Positions 32,207-43,656 of a DNA stretch of 64,000 bases are shown here, one piece after another; within the stretch, counting starts at the first letter, position 1; every line of letters starts with the position of its first letter. The translations under genes were made by a program, and so were the position numbers. The DNA comes from Salisapilia sapeloensis CBS 127946 (taxonomy: Eukaryota > Protista > Oomycota). Location: the NCBI GenBank assembly GCA_023334545.1, contig JAADVB010000088.1, positions 1,798-65,797 on the forward strand, read 5' to 3'. The notes beneath the pieces are model-generated. The model did no database searches and was not told the origin of the DNA. It saw nothing but the letters and a program-made list of their open reading frames with translations.

Positions 32207-32620
32207 CTAAGATAGGCAGAAGAAAGCATATAGTTCGAAATGAGCATCTAAGATCATGAGAATACGTATCGAATATACTTTTTGACGATACACGTCGTCA
32301 TTCGAAGGGGCGTTGTTGAGATAGTGGGAGCGTCGAAATTGTTTGCTTGTTAGGACACTTTGGAAGAAAAGCGTGGGGATCGTAATCCGCAGAGAAATAT
32401 TTTCATACAAGTTTGCAGCATTAAAAAGGATCTAACGAATGTCATGTCTTCCGTCGAGGCTATGAAAAACTTCTATAGGGACGCTAAGGCACGATAGTAC
32501 GTGCTGTGGTCCTACAAATAGCATGGAAAAAATCCATGCGCCTGCTCGAGCAAAAGACAGTGTCGTATGCGTCGTGAGTTCCATACCAAATAAAAAACTC
32601 ACTTAAAGGAGTCTTTCCTC
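32207..32620 (-). mobile_element. Possible degenerate piggyBac-like transposase remnant
   Basis: Short-ORF peptides TPLSEFF and, ~78 codons later, IPTLFFQSVLTSKQF...KVYSIRILMILDAHFELY resemble the piggyBac N-terminal pattern TPLDFF...P.F..VMS..RF...KLYKIRP.L..L...F...Y. Frames are broken. Similarity was judged by eye only. Confidence 0.25.
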
Positions 32621-34339
32621 TTACTGTAGTCAGACGTAAAGGAATTACAATAAAAGTTACTAGCATGATACGGCATGTAGAGTGCTTTTCATTTGCCACA
32701 AATGCTAGACTAATGAGGTTACTATTGCCCTCCATCCATACGTAGACAGACTACTTAGATCGCTACGCAGAAGAAATACTTTTTGTGCGCATTGCGATTG
32801 TATTTACATACCAGCCTGTCGTCATGTCCCCGTGAGTGCCAACATGGAGAAGAAAAGTTCACGTTCGTAGAATAGAAAGTTATGAGGAGGAAGGTCGTCA
32901 TACTTTTCGAAAATATCGATTTGCTTCAAAGAGGTTGTTTCGTGCCAAGCTGACATCTTTCGTCTATATCCGCAGAATAAGCGCCGCCGAAGACAACTCA
33001 AAGTCGAGGGGGTGAAGGATCGGACATATTGGCTCATTTGTATTCAAAGAAATTCAAATTTTTGGTCTGGTAACAACAAACGAGTTTGCATGATCCATGA
33101 GATACAGCACATATAATTTGTTTAAAGTTAATAGCCTCGCAAACTCTTGATATATGTACTGGGCTTGTAGCAACGACGGCTGATTGAGAAGATCCTCTAC
33201 TTCCGTTTTAATTGACAATCTAGTCGTTCCCACTACTACCCCATTAACGCTTTACGTGTCTACATGGTGCCAAAGTGTTTGGCTTAAGCATTAATAATTG
33301 TGATACTGCAATTGATCCTGATATATGTATGCACCTATGGTACGAGTTCGGAGCTACTGGAAATGAATTAAAGATAGAATGAGCACATCTACTTAGTCAT
33401 AGAAACCCGTTTTGCTAAGTGATTTAGCAGCGATCTCATCTCGATAACTTGTTCCAAAGCATATCGCTTTACGGACCATTCCAAGGTTACCGGCTATAAG
33501 CACAAGACATTTTCAACTCAAGGCGCATACAAGGGATGTGTATGCCTACCAGTGGTTAAGCTTCCAGCGAGCCTCAAAAAGTTAGCTGGTTTCGTGCGAT
33601 GAATCGCAAGACTATGAAGTGACTCTAAAAAGCATTCATCGGCCACAGCTAGATATCACGACAGCACTGCACATTTTAACTATTAGACGCAGTTGTTTTT
33701 GCTGATCAATATCACAAGATAGGCACTTGAACGGTAATTTATCAAAGTACGCTCGTAGTAGCCATGAAGGGAAGGATACTCGTCGACAATGCATTTCGAC
33801 TTAAATAGTTTATTTCACTGTCTATCCACACGACAACAGCTAGATTGGTATTTGAGCACAGTGAAGCATCAAGCTTTAAATGCTCTTAGCCAACAATCGA
33901 GTATAAGCGATGCCAACTACCCTCCCCCGGCTCAGAACCAAAGTTCAGTCTTCCCAATCGTCGACGACATGATGAAGAGACATGCGTGACGAAAGTTACA
34001 CTATCTCTCAAGCAAGATGGTAAACTGCCAACGACGACAAACAGAGGAGTAGTCAATCGTCCAGATAGCATATTGCTACAGTCCTACACGAATTTGACCT
34101 CTCAAAGTTACCAGACCAGACCAGACTTACAAACTCTTATGTCCATTACTTTTGACATTGACTCACTATGATGTAATATACATAAAGCACCTCATCTGCT
34201 TATCATAAAGGCACACGATTTCTTTATCTTCAAATGCGTAAAATTTATGCACATTAAGTGGATGCATCACTCGTACCCCCACCTACATCTTTGCCTCTTC
34301 TTTGGCTCAGCTACTCTGTCAAGAGTGATCTATGCGAAA

Positions 34340-35725
34340 TTACACAGCGTCGATCGCGGCTTCAATGTTCAATCGACCGTAACCGTATTGGTTGTTCGGG
34401 AATGTGCCGTCGTCAATACCACCACAGGCACGGGTCGTCATGGCCAGGCCTTCCGTCACGGCTGTACTTGTTAGCGCATGCAAAACATCGTCGAATTCCA
34501 TGTCTCCCTTTGCAGCAATCATCAAGGCAATGGCTCCAGACACATGTGGCGCAGCCATACTTGTACCGGTGTCCGTGGCATACGCGTCGTCATCTGTGTA
34601 CCAAGCGGATTTGATGTCCGTGCCAGGGGCAGAGATCTCAGGCTTGAGCTTGCCCTTCATGCCCGGACCTCTGCTGCTTCTTTCATTCAGTCCATCTGTC
34701 TGGTTCGTGTTGCCAACGGAGATGACATTCGGGTAGTCTCCAGGCGACGTAGCAGTACTACAAAGAGGGCCATTGTTTCCGTTCGACACAACAGGGATGA
34801 TACTCGCGCTGTGCCATGCTTCCACAATGTCTTCATAAAAGTCCAAATTGCTTCCACCGCCCCAACTATTACTGACGATATGAGGAGCCTTTGAGCAGTC
34901 TTCGTTCTCGCCGTTCGTGTCATGTGGACACGCAATGTACTCGCCACAAGCGAGCAGATCAGATTGGTAGCAACCAGTGGCACGGCATCCTTTGCAGGCC
35001 ATCCAACCAACACCAGGTGCGACACCAATGCCATTCGAGCCAGCGATGATGCCCATCGTGTGCGTACCATGACCGGAGCTGTCGTTTGGCTTCTCAGACT
35101 TTTCGTATGGGTCGAACCAGCCAAAGTCACCGATGAAGTTTCCTTCGAGAGCTTCATGCGTGCCTCGGACGCCAGAATCAATGTTAGCTACGATGACACC
35201 TTCACCTGTGTTTCCGCTGTCCCAAAGCTTCGGCGCATTGATCTTTTCGATACCCCACTCAGCGTCGGATGAGTTGTTTACCACGACGGCAGATTGATCA
35301 CTTAGTACAGGCAGTGGTAACACGAGCTCTTCTGCCACTGACTTTACACTTGGGAGGTTTGCAATTGCGTTGACGACCTCCTCCGTCGCGCCTTCAACAT
35401 AGATCGCGTTGGAAATCCAGTGGCACTTGTACTGCCGGAACTTTTCTGCTTGCGCATTGAGGTTGTCTTCCACTTCTTTTTGTGTAGACTTTGCCGCATC
35501 GCGCAAAGCTTTCACGACAGCCTTAATACGCTCTTCTCGACTGTTAAAAAAGTCTTCTACGAACGATAGAGGGGAAGCAATCGGTTTCTCCATCGTGACG
35601 ATCAGATTGGATTCGCCTTGGGATTTTAATGCCCGATGGACACCTGGATCAACAAATGCAGCATCAGACATTGTTGCGATGGTCACAACGGTGGCGAGCG
35701 CGGAAGCAAAGGATATCGACACCAT
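34340..35725 (-). CDS. Secreted subtilisin-like protease (S8), array copy 4
   Basis: Signal MVSISFASALATVVTIA. Motifs ANIDSG, HGTHTMG, NGNNG and GTSMAAPH. Confidence 0.93.
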   Translation of the reverse strand: MVSISFASALATVVTIATMSDAAFVDPGVHRALKSQGESNLIVTMEKPIASPLSFVEDFFNSREERIKAVVKALRDAAKSTQKEVEDNLNAQAEKFRQYKCHWISNAIYVEGATEEVVNAIANLPSVKSVAEELVLPLPVLSDQSAVVVNNSSDAEWGIEKINAPKLWDSGNTGEGVIVANIDSGVRGTHEALEGNFIGDFGWFDPYEKSEKPNDSSGHGTHTMGIIAGSNGIGVAPGVGWMACKGCRATGCYQSDLLACGEYIACPHDTNGENEDCSKAPHIVSNSWGGGSNLDFYEDIVEAWHSASIIPVVSNGNNGPLCSTATSPGDYPNVISVGNTNQTDGLNERSSRGPGMKGKLKPEISAPGTDIKSAWYTDDDAYATDTGTSMAAPHVSGAIALMIAAKGDMEFDDVLHALTSTAVTEGLAMTTRACGGIDDGTFPNNQYGYGRLNIEAAIDAV

Positions 35726-36262
35726 TTCTCAAAACGAACGATGTACTTGTGGCCAACTCGGGAGATCGACGAATGAACACCACGACATCGTGCGATGTTA
35801 ACGAGAGACAGAGCCCAGACGGGATCACTTCATTATCAGATAGGATGCAGATACCCATTTTTGTAAAAAAAGTTGTTGTGTCGTGAATGCGTAGGTGAAT
35901 TGTGGAGGGTGTATTGATCACGTGTCTCTCATCTAGCTCGAAGCAGACTTTGTTAGACTTCTCGTCATATATTCATGTGCACATGCTGGACTCTATGAAA
36001 ATCTAAATGACTACTTGTCGAAATCTAACAGTGTGCTTTCCATCCTGCTGGGAATCCAGCAAGGATACATCGACAAATTTCCCGGCACAGAATCACTTGA
36101 TTGACAACTGTAATGACTGAAATCCAGCATCATGATCTCTATGCTGCGTCTGTGATGGCCGTTTCTGAGAATTTCACTAACTTTCAACCTCAACTGGCGG
36201 ATCTATCGGCGGTACTTAGTACTACAGTAGCCTTGTAAAACAAAAAATAGATTATTCGTTTC

Positions 36263-37096
36263 TTAGAGCCAACTAGCAATGTACAATCCCCAGTAACTCG
36301 CTTGCATGAAGACACCAGAGAGGAGTGGGAGTGTCAAGTTCTCATCCCATCCATTCACCTCCGTGCTTTCAGCTGCGCCGGCACATACACCAGCAACGAG
36401 GGCATTCGTCCATGTATCCGATGCCGACATGGAAACTCCTCGGACCATAATATCGTACACGGCGGAGACGAGCGTGCAGGCGACGACGCATCCGACCAAG
36501 CCAGCGTACGACTTGTCTCCACTGAGCGCATTACGAAGTCTTCTCTGCACATTCTGGTCTCCATACAATCGACCTGCCAAGGCAGCCGATGGATCGCCTA
36601 CTGCTAACTATATATAAATTCAGTAACCTTGTGTCTCTACGTGGGTCGATGGACGTACGTGCAGGATTGCGAGTCGTGCAATGTGAGCTGGGAAACTTGC
36701 TAGTGCAATTGCTGCGCCGATGAGGAAGAAATACAGACCTGGCAATGCATTTGCACTAACTTCCTTCTTACGAAGAAGTCCACCAAAGTACTGCTGATAC
36801 ATATCATTTACACGCGTGTTGGACGCTCGCTTGGCGTTTAAAAAGTGGAAGGAGCAGGCGCCCGCCCCCAGAATGATGCAAGTCATAAACCAACCATAGT
36901 ACACACTCGATGCAACGATCAGTAGCCCAGTGGCAGCATGCTGCCCCTTGCGTCGTAGATATAAATCGCCTCGAAATGCCATATTCAGTCTACTATTGCC
37001 AGATCGCTTGGAAGCTCGGGTTGGACGCTTCTGACCGCCGACGAGAATCTGAAATGCAAAGATGGAGAGGAAGACGATAGCAGTCGAAGAAATCAT
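36263..37096 (-). CDS. CTP-dependent lipid kinase / cytidylyltransferase family membrane protein (DGK1 / dolichol- / phytol-kinase-like); 2 exons
   Basis: RRKGQHAATG and LLRKKE. Splicing gives AILH/LAVGDPSAALAGRLYG, then GDKSYAG and DENLTLP. Confidence 0.8.
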
Positions 37097-37438
37097 GGCA
37101 GATAGCTCCAACGAAGCTGGACGGCTCCGGTCGAACGCCCGAGATGGGTGACGTCATGGAAATGTAGCCACTTGTACCGTCGACGTACCATGGATCGATA
37201 CGGATGCCTAGCCAAGTTTCCGTGAGACGAATATGATTTTTAGCCCTCCATTTTTCATTCTGCATGTACTTGTGCAGTCAATTCATTACATATTCCTTAT
37301 CCACACGTACACGAGACTAACACGTTCGTGTACGACCAAGATGTAGACGAACAAAGGCAAAGATAAATGCGTATTCACGGTGCACGAAAAAGACTTGATT
37401 TTTAATAAAGTGGAGGGGACATGCTGATCATCCTAAGC

Positions 37439-38425
37439 CTAGTTGGCCTTCTTGAGTTCGGCCAATGCAGCCTGGGGGTCGTCACGTTCTTCGTCAATGA
37501 CCTCCTTGACCTTCTTCGGGCTCGAGCTGCTCGAAGCCTGCTCCTTCTCCGTCTTACTCTTCTGCATCGCAGCCCAAATGTTGGTTGCACGACGACGGTC
37601 GTAGACAAGACCAACAGACGCAAGCAAGTCGATCGTCAACTTGGTCGGGTTGTACTGTTCCGACGCTCCCAACTCACTCGTGGCGTAGTCGTACGGGAAC
37701 TTGTGGTGCCAGTTGTGCCAGCCCTCGCCAACGGCAAAGAAGGACACGAACGCGTTCTCACGCGGAGGAATGTCCGCGTACGGCTGGTAACCGTAGAAGT
37801 GAGCGGCACTGTTCACGAGCCACGTCGCGTGGAGGACGAGGGTGTAACGAAGGAAGCCGCAGATGAAGAGCGCGTTGAACCACGACTCGTCGGCAGCCTT
37901 CATGGTCACGAGCATCGGGAAAGCAAAGCACATGAAGAGGTTTCCCCACGGGTTCAGTTTCTCCTGAAGCACGACCACCCAGTCGGCCCACAGGTCGTCA
38001 TAGTTGAGCTTCTTACCGGCCGCATGGACTTCCGGTGCCTTCTTCTGGAGCAACCAGCCCATGTGCGCGAAGAAGAATCCGCGGCCAGAGTTGTGCGGGT
38101 CGGCGACCGTGTCGGAGTACTTGTGGTGGACACGGTGGTCACGCGTCCAGTGGAAGATCGTGCCTTGGTTGGCCATCGAGTTACAGAGCATGAGGAAAAA
38201 TCGGACGGATCCGTGGGCCTTGTACGATTTGTGGGCCCATAGTCGGTGGGCACCAGCAGTGATGCCGACACCGCTAAAGTAGTAGAAGATGAGACCAAGG
38301 AGGTATGTCTGCCACTTGCAGTCGAAGAGGCATGCCAGACCGACGATCGCACCGATGTGGACGATGGACATGTAGTAGATCATGAACCAATTGGCCTCCT
38401 TGTAAAGTTCCGCCCAGGTTGCCAT
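37439..38425 (-). CDS. Delta-9 acyl-CoA fatty acid desaturase (SCD/OLE1 family), no fused cytochrome b5
   Basis: His boxes HRLWAH, HRVHH and HNWHH, plus GRGFFFAHMGWL and GEGWHN. Strong codon bias. Confidence 0.95.
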   Translation of the reverse strand: MATWAELYKEANWFMIYYMSIVHIGAIVGLACLFDCKWQTYLLGLIFYYFSGVGITAGAHRLWAHKSYKAHGSVRFFLMLCNSMANQGTIFHWTRDHRVHHKYSDTVADPHNSGRGFFFAHMGWLLQKKAPEVHAAGKKLNYDDLWADWVVVLQEKLNPWGNLFMCFAFPMLVTMKAADESWFNALFICGFLRYTLVLHATWLVNSAAHFYGYQPYADIPPRENAFVSFFAVGEGWHNWHHKFPYDYATSELGASEQYNPTKLTIDLLASVGLVYDRRRATNIWAAMQKSKTEKEQASSSSSPKKVKEVIDEERDDPQAALAELKKAN

Positions 38426-38458
38426 ATTGGATGTCGATGCGCTTGTGATCTACAAAGT

Positions 38459-38474
38459 AGATTTGGAAATGAGC
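38459..38474 (-). promoter_or_regulatory. INR/FPR-like element GCTCATTTCCAAATCT
   Basis: One mismatch to GCTCATTYBNNNWTTY, ~35 nt upstream of the desaturase ATG. Confidence 0.55.
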
Positions 38475-38817
38475 TTTAGGATGGACCGGAAGGTGGCAAT
38501 GGATCGGTATCGTCTCAGTCCACGCAATCTCCATTTTGGTCGGATGTCATCTCGATGCCATCTCCTTTGACTTGAACTAATTATGTGACCGACTCCCTCC
38601 ACACGTATCAGCTGTTGACGCAATAGTGGCCCAGGACTGGTTCCGCTCGTTGCAACGCCAGTGAATTCAACTCGGTTGCAATGACATGGCGGTCTACAAC
38701 ACATGAACACCAGCCCTTGGTACGTATGACACCAAATCATGATCCAAAAGAAAAATATCTCAGAAGATGAAAAAGAGTTGATTTCATTCTATTCCTTTTT
38801 CCAACACATCACCACAA

Positions 38818-41196
38818 TTAAGCCCAAAGCTGTCGTAGACGGTAGTGAAGATTAACGGCCGTCGGACGTGCCTTTGGGTCTCGACTGACGCAATCCATGA
38901 TCAACTGCCGAACGCTCGAGGGACAATCGTCATGCACCAATGGCTTAATATCCGTCGTGGTAACCAATAATGCGATCTTGGCTTCCGAGTACGGAGCTGC
39001 ATTCCCTCGCTTGTGTCCGTTATAAGGATGACCGCAAGTGTCCAATTCGCTCAATAGAATGCCAAACGAGTAAATGTCCGCAGACGTAGAGTAGTGGTCA
39101 CCTAGCAACACTTCTGGTGCAATCCACGCAGTCGTGCCAACACCGCCCGTATACGAGTTCGTCTCTTCATCCAAGACTTCTCGACTCACGCCAAAGTCCC
39201 CGACCTTGGCTTCGAAATCACTTCCAAGCAAAATGTTCTTCGACTTAAGGTCGCGATGCATCACCGGTTGATCCAATGAATGCAAGTACACGAGTGCCTC
39301 TGCAACGTCCAAAGCGATGGACGCTTTCGGCGTCGGAGACGAGTGTGGATCCATCCACGTGAAGCGCTGTCGACCATCAAGTGACTTAGCAGTCTCTTTG
39401 AGCAAAGCATTTAAATCTCCATTCGGCATGTACTCGAGTAACAAAGACAAGTCCATGAGGTTGGTCCACGATAGGCCGATGAACCGGACGATCTTTGGAT
39501 GTTCCAGTCGAGCGTACAGTCGAATTTCATCCATGAACATTTTTAATAAAGCAGCATCGTTTGCATACTTCGGTAACAATCGTTTGACCACCACGTCTTG
39601 CCCGTACAATGATGCCAATGATACGGTACCGTATCCACCATGGGCAATCTCACCCACTATCTGCAAGGCTTCCTGTGACATACGATACGGAATCAGCATT
39701 GTATCATTTCGAACGTCATTCGAAAGGTATCCCGACGTGTTCGTCAAGAATGTTTCTCCCACGACTGACTCGTTCATAGACAGCGTGGCAAAGTCAGTCC
39801 CACCTGATGCTGGTGGAGCTTGGTTGCCGGGTTTGTTCGTTATTTGTCCTGGAACACCCGTGTAGCTGTCCTCTCGATGTTTCCGCCGTTGACGAATAAA
39901 GACAGCCAAGATAATAGCTGCGATAATGACGGCACCTACGACCACAGAGACGATCACATACGTGGTAGAATTGGAGGGTTTGTCACTGGATGCTGTACCA
40001 TCCGTACTAAAACCACTTTGATCTGTATCAACTAAGGAAGAAGACGATGCAGGTGTAGAAATACCTTTTGGATCGGCATCTGTACCACTCGCTTTACCTG
40101 TGTCATCGCTTTTCTTACTCCCATCGCTTGTGCTAGTCCCTGTTTCATTTTCTCCATTACTGTCGCTTTCTTTTTCGAAGGCTGACGGGTATTTAGACGC
40201 AAATGTATCGTCATCAATCACACAAATGGAAAACTTTCCCACGTTTTCGAGCTCACCATCGGTACAAGAGCTAACTGAAACTTCTATATTCAACTGCGCA
40301 TTCCGTAGGACTGCTAGATCCGACTCTCGAACCTCAAAAGTGGATACGGATGCGCCACCTAAAGTGAGCTTTTGTAGTTTCGAAGGGATAACAAACCCTT
40401 GGATAGACGTGACACCACAATTGCTACACTCGAAAGATCGAAGTGTATCTGGAAACACGGCACCTTCAAGAGATGACAAGTCCGTGTTTCCATTAGCATA
40501 TAGTTGTTGGAGTCGAGACGGAAACCGAAAATCTCCCAACGACGTCAATTCATTCTTACGAATCCACCTACAGTAGGTAGTGAGTGAATCGGTAACCAAA
40601 GCAGCTCAACAAGAGTACATACAAATCCTGTAGTTTTGCTGGAAAGTCACTCGCTTTTGCTTTTTCAATGGAGTTTAAATCTAGAAAAAGCTGCTGCAGA
40701 CTGTCTGGCAAGTGAATGCCAGACAAGCTTGTCAACCCATTACCAGTCAAGTCTCTAATCAAAGGTCAGAAAGGTGTCATTTACTACACAAGGGATCCAC
40801 TTACACTTCTTTTAAGCTGGGGCCATCTGAGACAAAGTAGGAAATGGCATTATTCGTGAGGTGCCTATGACAATAATAAGAGATGAGGCGGGAATGATGC
40901 CATATTACTAGTAGTTGCGTAAAACAAGGTACATACAGCGCTTCAACGTTCGGGTAGCTCAATACACTTTCGATGTTCATATCGTTGGCCTCAATCATGT
41001 ACTCACCCGGGTTAATGTAGCTGTCTACTTTGATCTCTTTGTCGTCGCAAGAGGGCGATACAATGAGCGCATTCTTCCCGTCACCAGCAACAAGACTAGT
41101 GTTCTGTGGTGCCTCAATGCCTATAGAAGAGCAGGTCTTGCAAGTCGCGCATGGGAGAGCTAGCACGAGGCATACGACCTGAATCGCAGCACGCAT
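38818..41196 (-). CDS. LRR receptor-like kinase (signal peptide, LRRs, S/T-rich stalk, TM, TKL kinase); multi-exon
   Basis: Signal MRAAIQVVCLVLALPCA. LRRs LTNNAIS, LTGNGLTSL, LDLNSIE, IRKNELTSL and CSNCGVTSI. TM YVIVSVVVGAVIIAAIILAVFI then RQRRK. Kinase motifs HGGYGTV, HRDLKSKN, DFG and WIAPE. Confidence 0.88.
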
Positions 41197-41564
41197 TGGG
41201 TGGTAGTAATTAGAAAATGTTCCTAGAGCGAACTGACTGTGATTGCGTAAAATCCAGTTCGTCTTCGCTTAAATGAGCTGTTCAAGAAGGATTTCCGCAG
41301 TCATTAAACTTTTCCATAAATGAGAAGGCACATTGAAACTGCCAAGGTACACATCGAGGAGCATATCTGATCCGAACGCTACGCGTTATAGGAAGACTCG
41401 TAGACCAGGTACTTGTTTTGGCAAAAAGAGAGTCAGCGTGAAAAGTAATGTCTTTATTTTCGGTTGTCAAACCGAAGATATCTGCTCGATCGTAATATAT
41501 TTAGACTCGGAAAATGTATGCCACTTCAACATGAGATCCACTGATCTGTGAGCACACTACAGAA

Positions 41565-42178
41565 ATGGCCGACTACGCGAAAGTTGAGAATAACCCGTTG
41601 CCGACGGTCCTGGCGGACCATGCCCCGAACGTCGCGTTCGTGATTCACCGTAACAAGAACAAGAATGTCGTCGTGTACTCTGCCAACTTGCGTGAGGATG
41701 GCACTTTGGACCCGGAAAACCCGCTGGAAGTTTTCTGGATCATGTTTGAGAACGACGGCAACCCTCGTGAAGACCTAAACATGATTGAGCGCAACACTGC
41801 CTACGGATGCACCGTGAAGCCTCGTGAAGGACATCCGGGCGAGTATGAGGTGAGCATGTTCAGATTTGTCATTTGTTATCACGTGTGCTAATTTGCAAAT
41901 TCATGTAGGTGATCTTGACTTCGCTCAAGGACCGCACGCTCATTCTCAAGGTTGAGGACGGTAAGGTCGTTGGCAAGGGTACATGCAACGGTGTGGAGGA
42001 CTGCACTCTTCACCGTGTGTTTGTTCACTCAACGACTTCGTGGGGCATGCCCAAGGTACGATATCGAATCTCACATCTAAAGATGCCTTTGCTCACTCTA
42101 GCCTGCTAGGTGGACCACATCGAGATCCATGGCGTGGACCCGAGCGGCAACGCTGTTGTGGAGAAGAAGAAACCTTAG
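41565..42178 (+). CDS. DUF4833-like protein; 3 exons
   Basis: FVIHRNKNKNVVVYSANL...LDPENPLEVFW...REDLNMIERNTAYG and the spliced C-terminus VDHIEIHGVD...EKKKP resemble the DUF4833 pattern. Introns at 41850-41908 and ~42056-42110. Confidence 0.65.
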
Positions 42179-42349
42179 ATCCATCCAACGGAAGATTTTC
42201 CACCTTTACAATCTGTACGCATGAGGTACCATCGAAAGAAAATAAAAAAGAATCCCAATCCTACTGCCACAACGTCTTGCGTTCTATAAATACTTCCAAC
42301 AGCTCTCTTCGTACGTATTAAATACCTTTTTTCAACCACTCTCGTCTCC

Positions 42350-43280
42350 ATGGCCGATCAAGTCGAAGACTCTGCCGTAAATGACTTTCTCCTCATTCTT
42401 GAGGAGCATCGAAAGAATTGCGAACGCCAAGGCAAGTATGTAGAAGCGGAGATAGCAAAGAACCGACTGGAAGAGCTCAAGGTGCATGAAGAAAATCGTC
42501 GAAAGGAAGCTATGCGATCTCGTCAGATCGCTGAGAGACTTGGTATTGAAGAGGCGCACATGCTCGAGTTTCAGCAATTCAATCAAGTTTGGGACCGGAA
42601 AATGGAAGAGTACGAAGGAAACGTGGAGCAGCTAGTCGCCAACATGCGTGAGAAGCATAAGAACGACTTACTTGATTTTCAGAAAAAGTTACTGGAGAAG
42701 CAAAACAAGCCAAAGTTTTCAAAAGATCTCTTAAATTTGCGACGTGTGGAGGAGCATCTCGCACGACAGAAAGAGTACGTGTCTAGTGGGTACATGTCGT
42801 AAAGCCGTAGAGTTAATAGATATACTCATGTAGCTATTCGGAAGCGCATAAGATCAAACTGAAGGCAGATGCATTGGTATGCAGTGAAATTAGCATGAAA
42901 TGTCGGTACTTGCGCTAAAATCTATTTGATGTAGGAAGAATGGGAGACAGAGAAATGGCAGAACTTGAGACAGCAAGAAATGTTCCAACGTGAAGTTACC
43001 TTTAAGCAACGGCAAAAACAGGATTTGGATGCGTTGCAGAAGCGTATCCAGTCTGGCAGGGAAGAGCAAAAGAAACAGCGACAAGTCGACTTGGAACGGT
43101 AGTAGATTTCGTCTTCGATACTTTATTTTGCTGCACGATTGATGTTGGGATCATAGGCTGCTGCAAAGGTATCAGAACGTCAAGGCCGAATTGCAAAAGC
43201 AACAGAATTTGGAGCGTATTCGCCATGAAAAGTTCGTTCAACGGCCAGGAGGCAATGCCAGCCTCAGTGGCAAAGCGTAG
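42350..43280 (+). CDS. Conserved coiled-coil protein with a UVR-like N-terminal motif; multi-exon
   Basis: LEEHRKNCERQGKYVEAEIAKNRLEEL and PKFSKDLLNLR. Downstream exons are joined by GT-AG introns to a TAG at 43278-43280. Confidence 0.7.
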
Positions 43281-43656
43281 GTACCAGAATAGCATTAAAC
43301 AAATACATTCTTTCCAAGCACTATATGAATTCCTGTCTATCTCGCTCTTCCACCGTGCAGTTCGTAGCTCGCTTTCGATACTTGACGATGCTAATCCTTC
43401 CTGTGCACGGATTTAAAAGCCTTGCGGTTCTGTATTACCATATACGCCACTGGAAGGATGACTCCAACGACCATTATCATCAGTCCGGTGACGTAGGCTC
43501 CCGAAAAGTACGAGATCGTGTGTTCCATGCTTTCGTATCGATATGTGTGGTTCAACTGCAATAGAAGAGACTCTCCGACGTAAAAGAATCTAAATACAAG
43601 AGCATATACAAAAAGCAAGTTATATACCAGTCATCTACTCTCGCCATTCTGTGGAT

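Noticed and set aside
37421-38242. 273-aa plus-strand ORF antisense to the desaturase
   Set aside because: Shadow ORF produced by the strong GC3 codon bias of the real gene, with no recognisable motifs.
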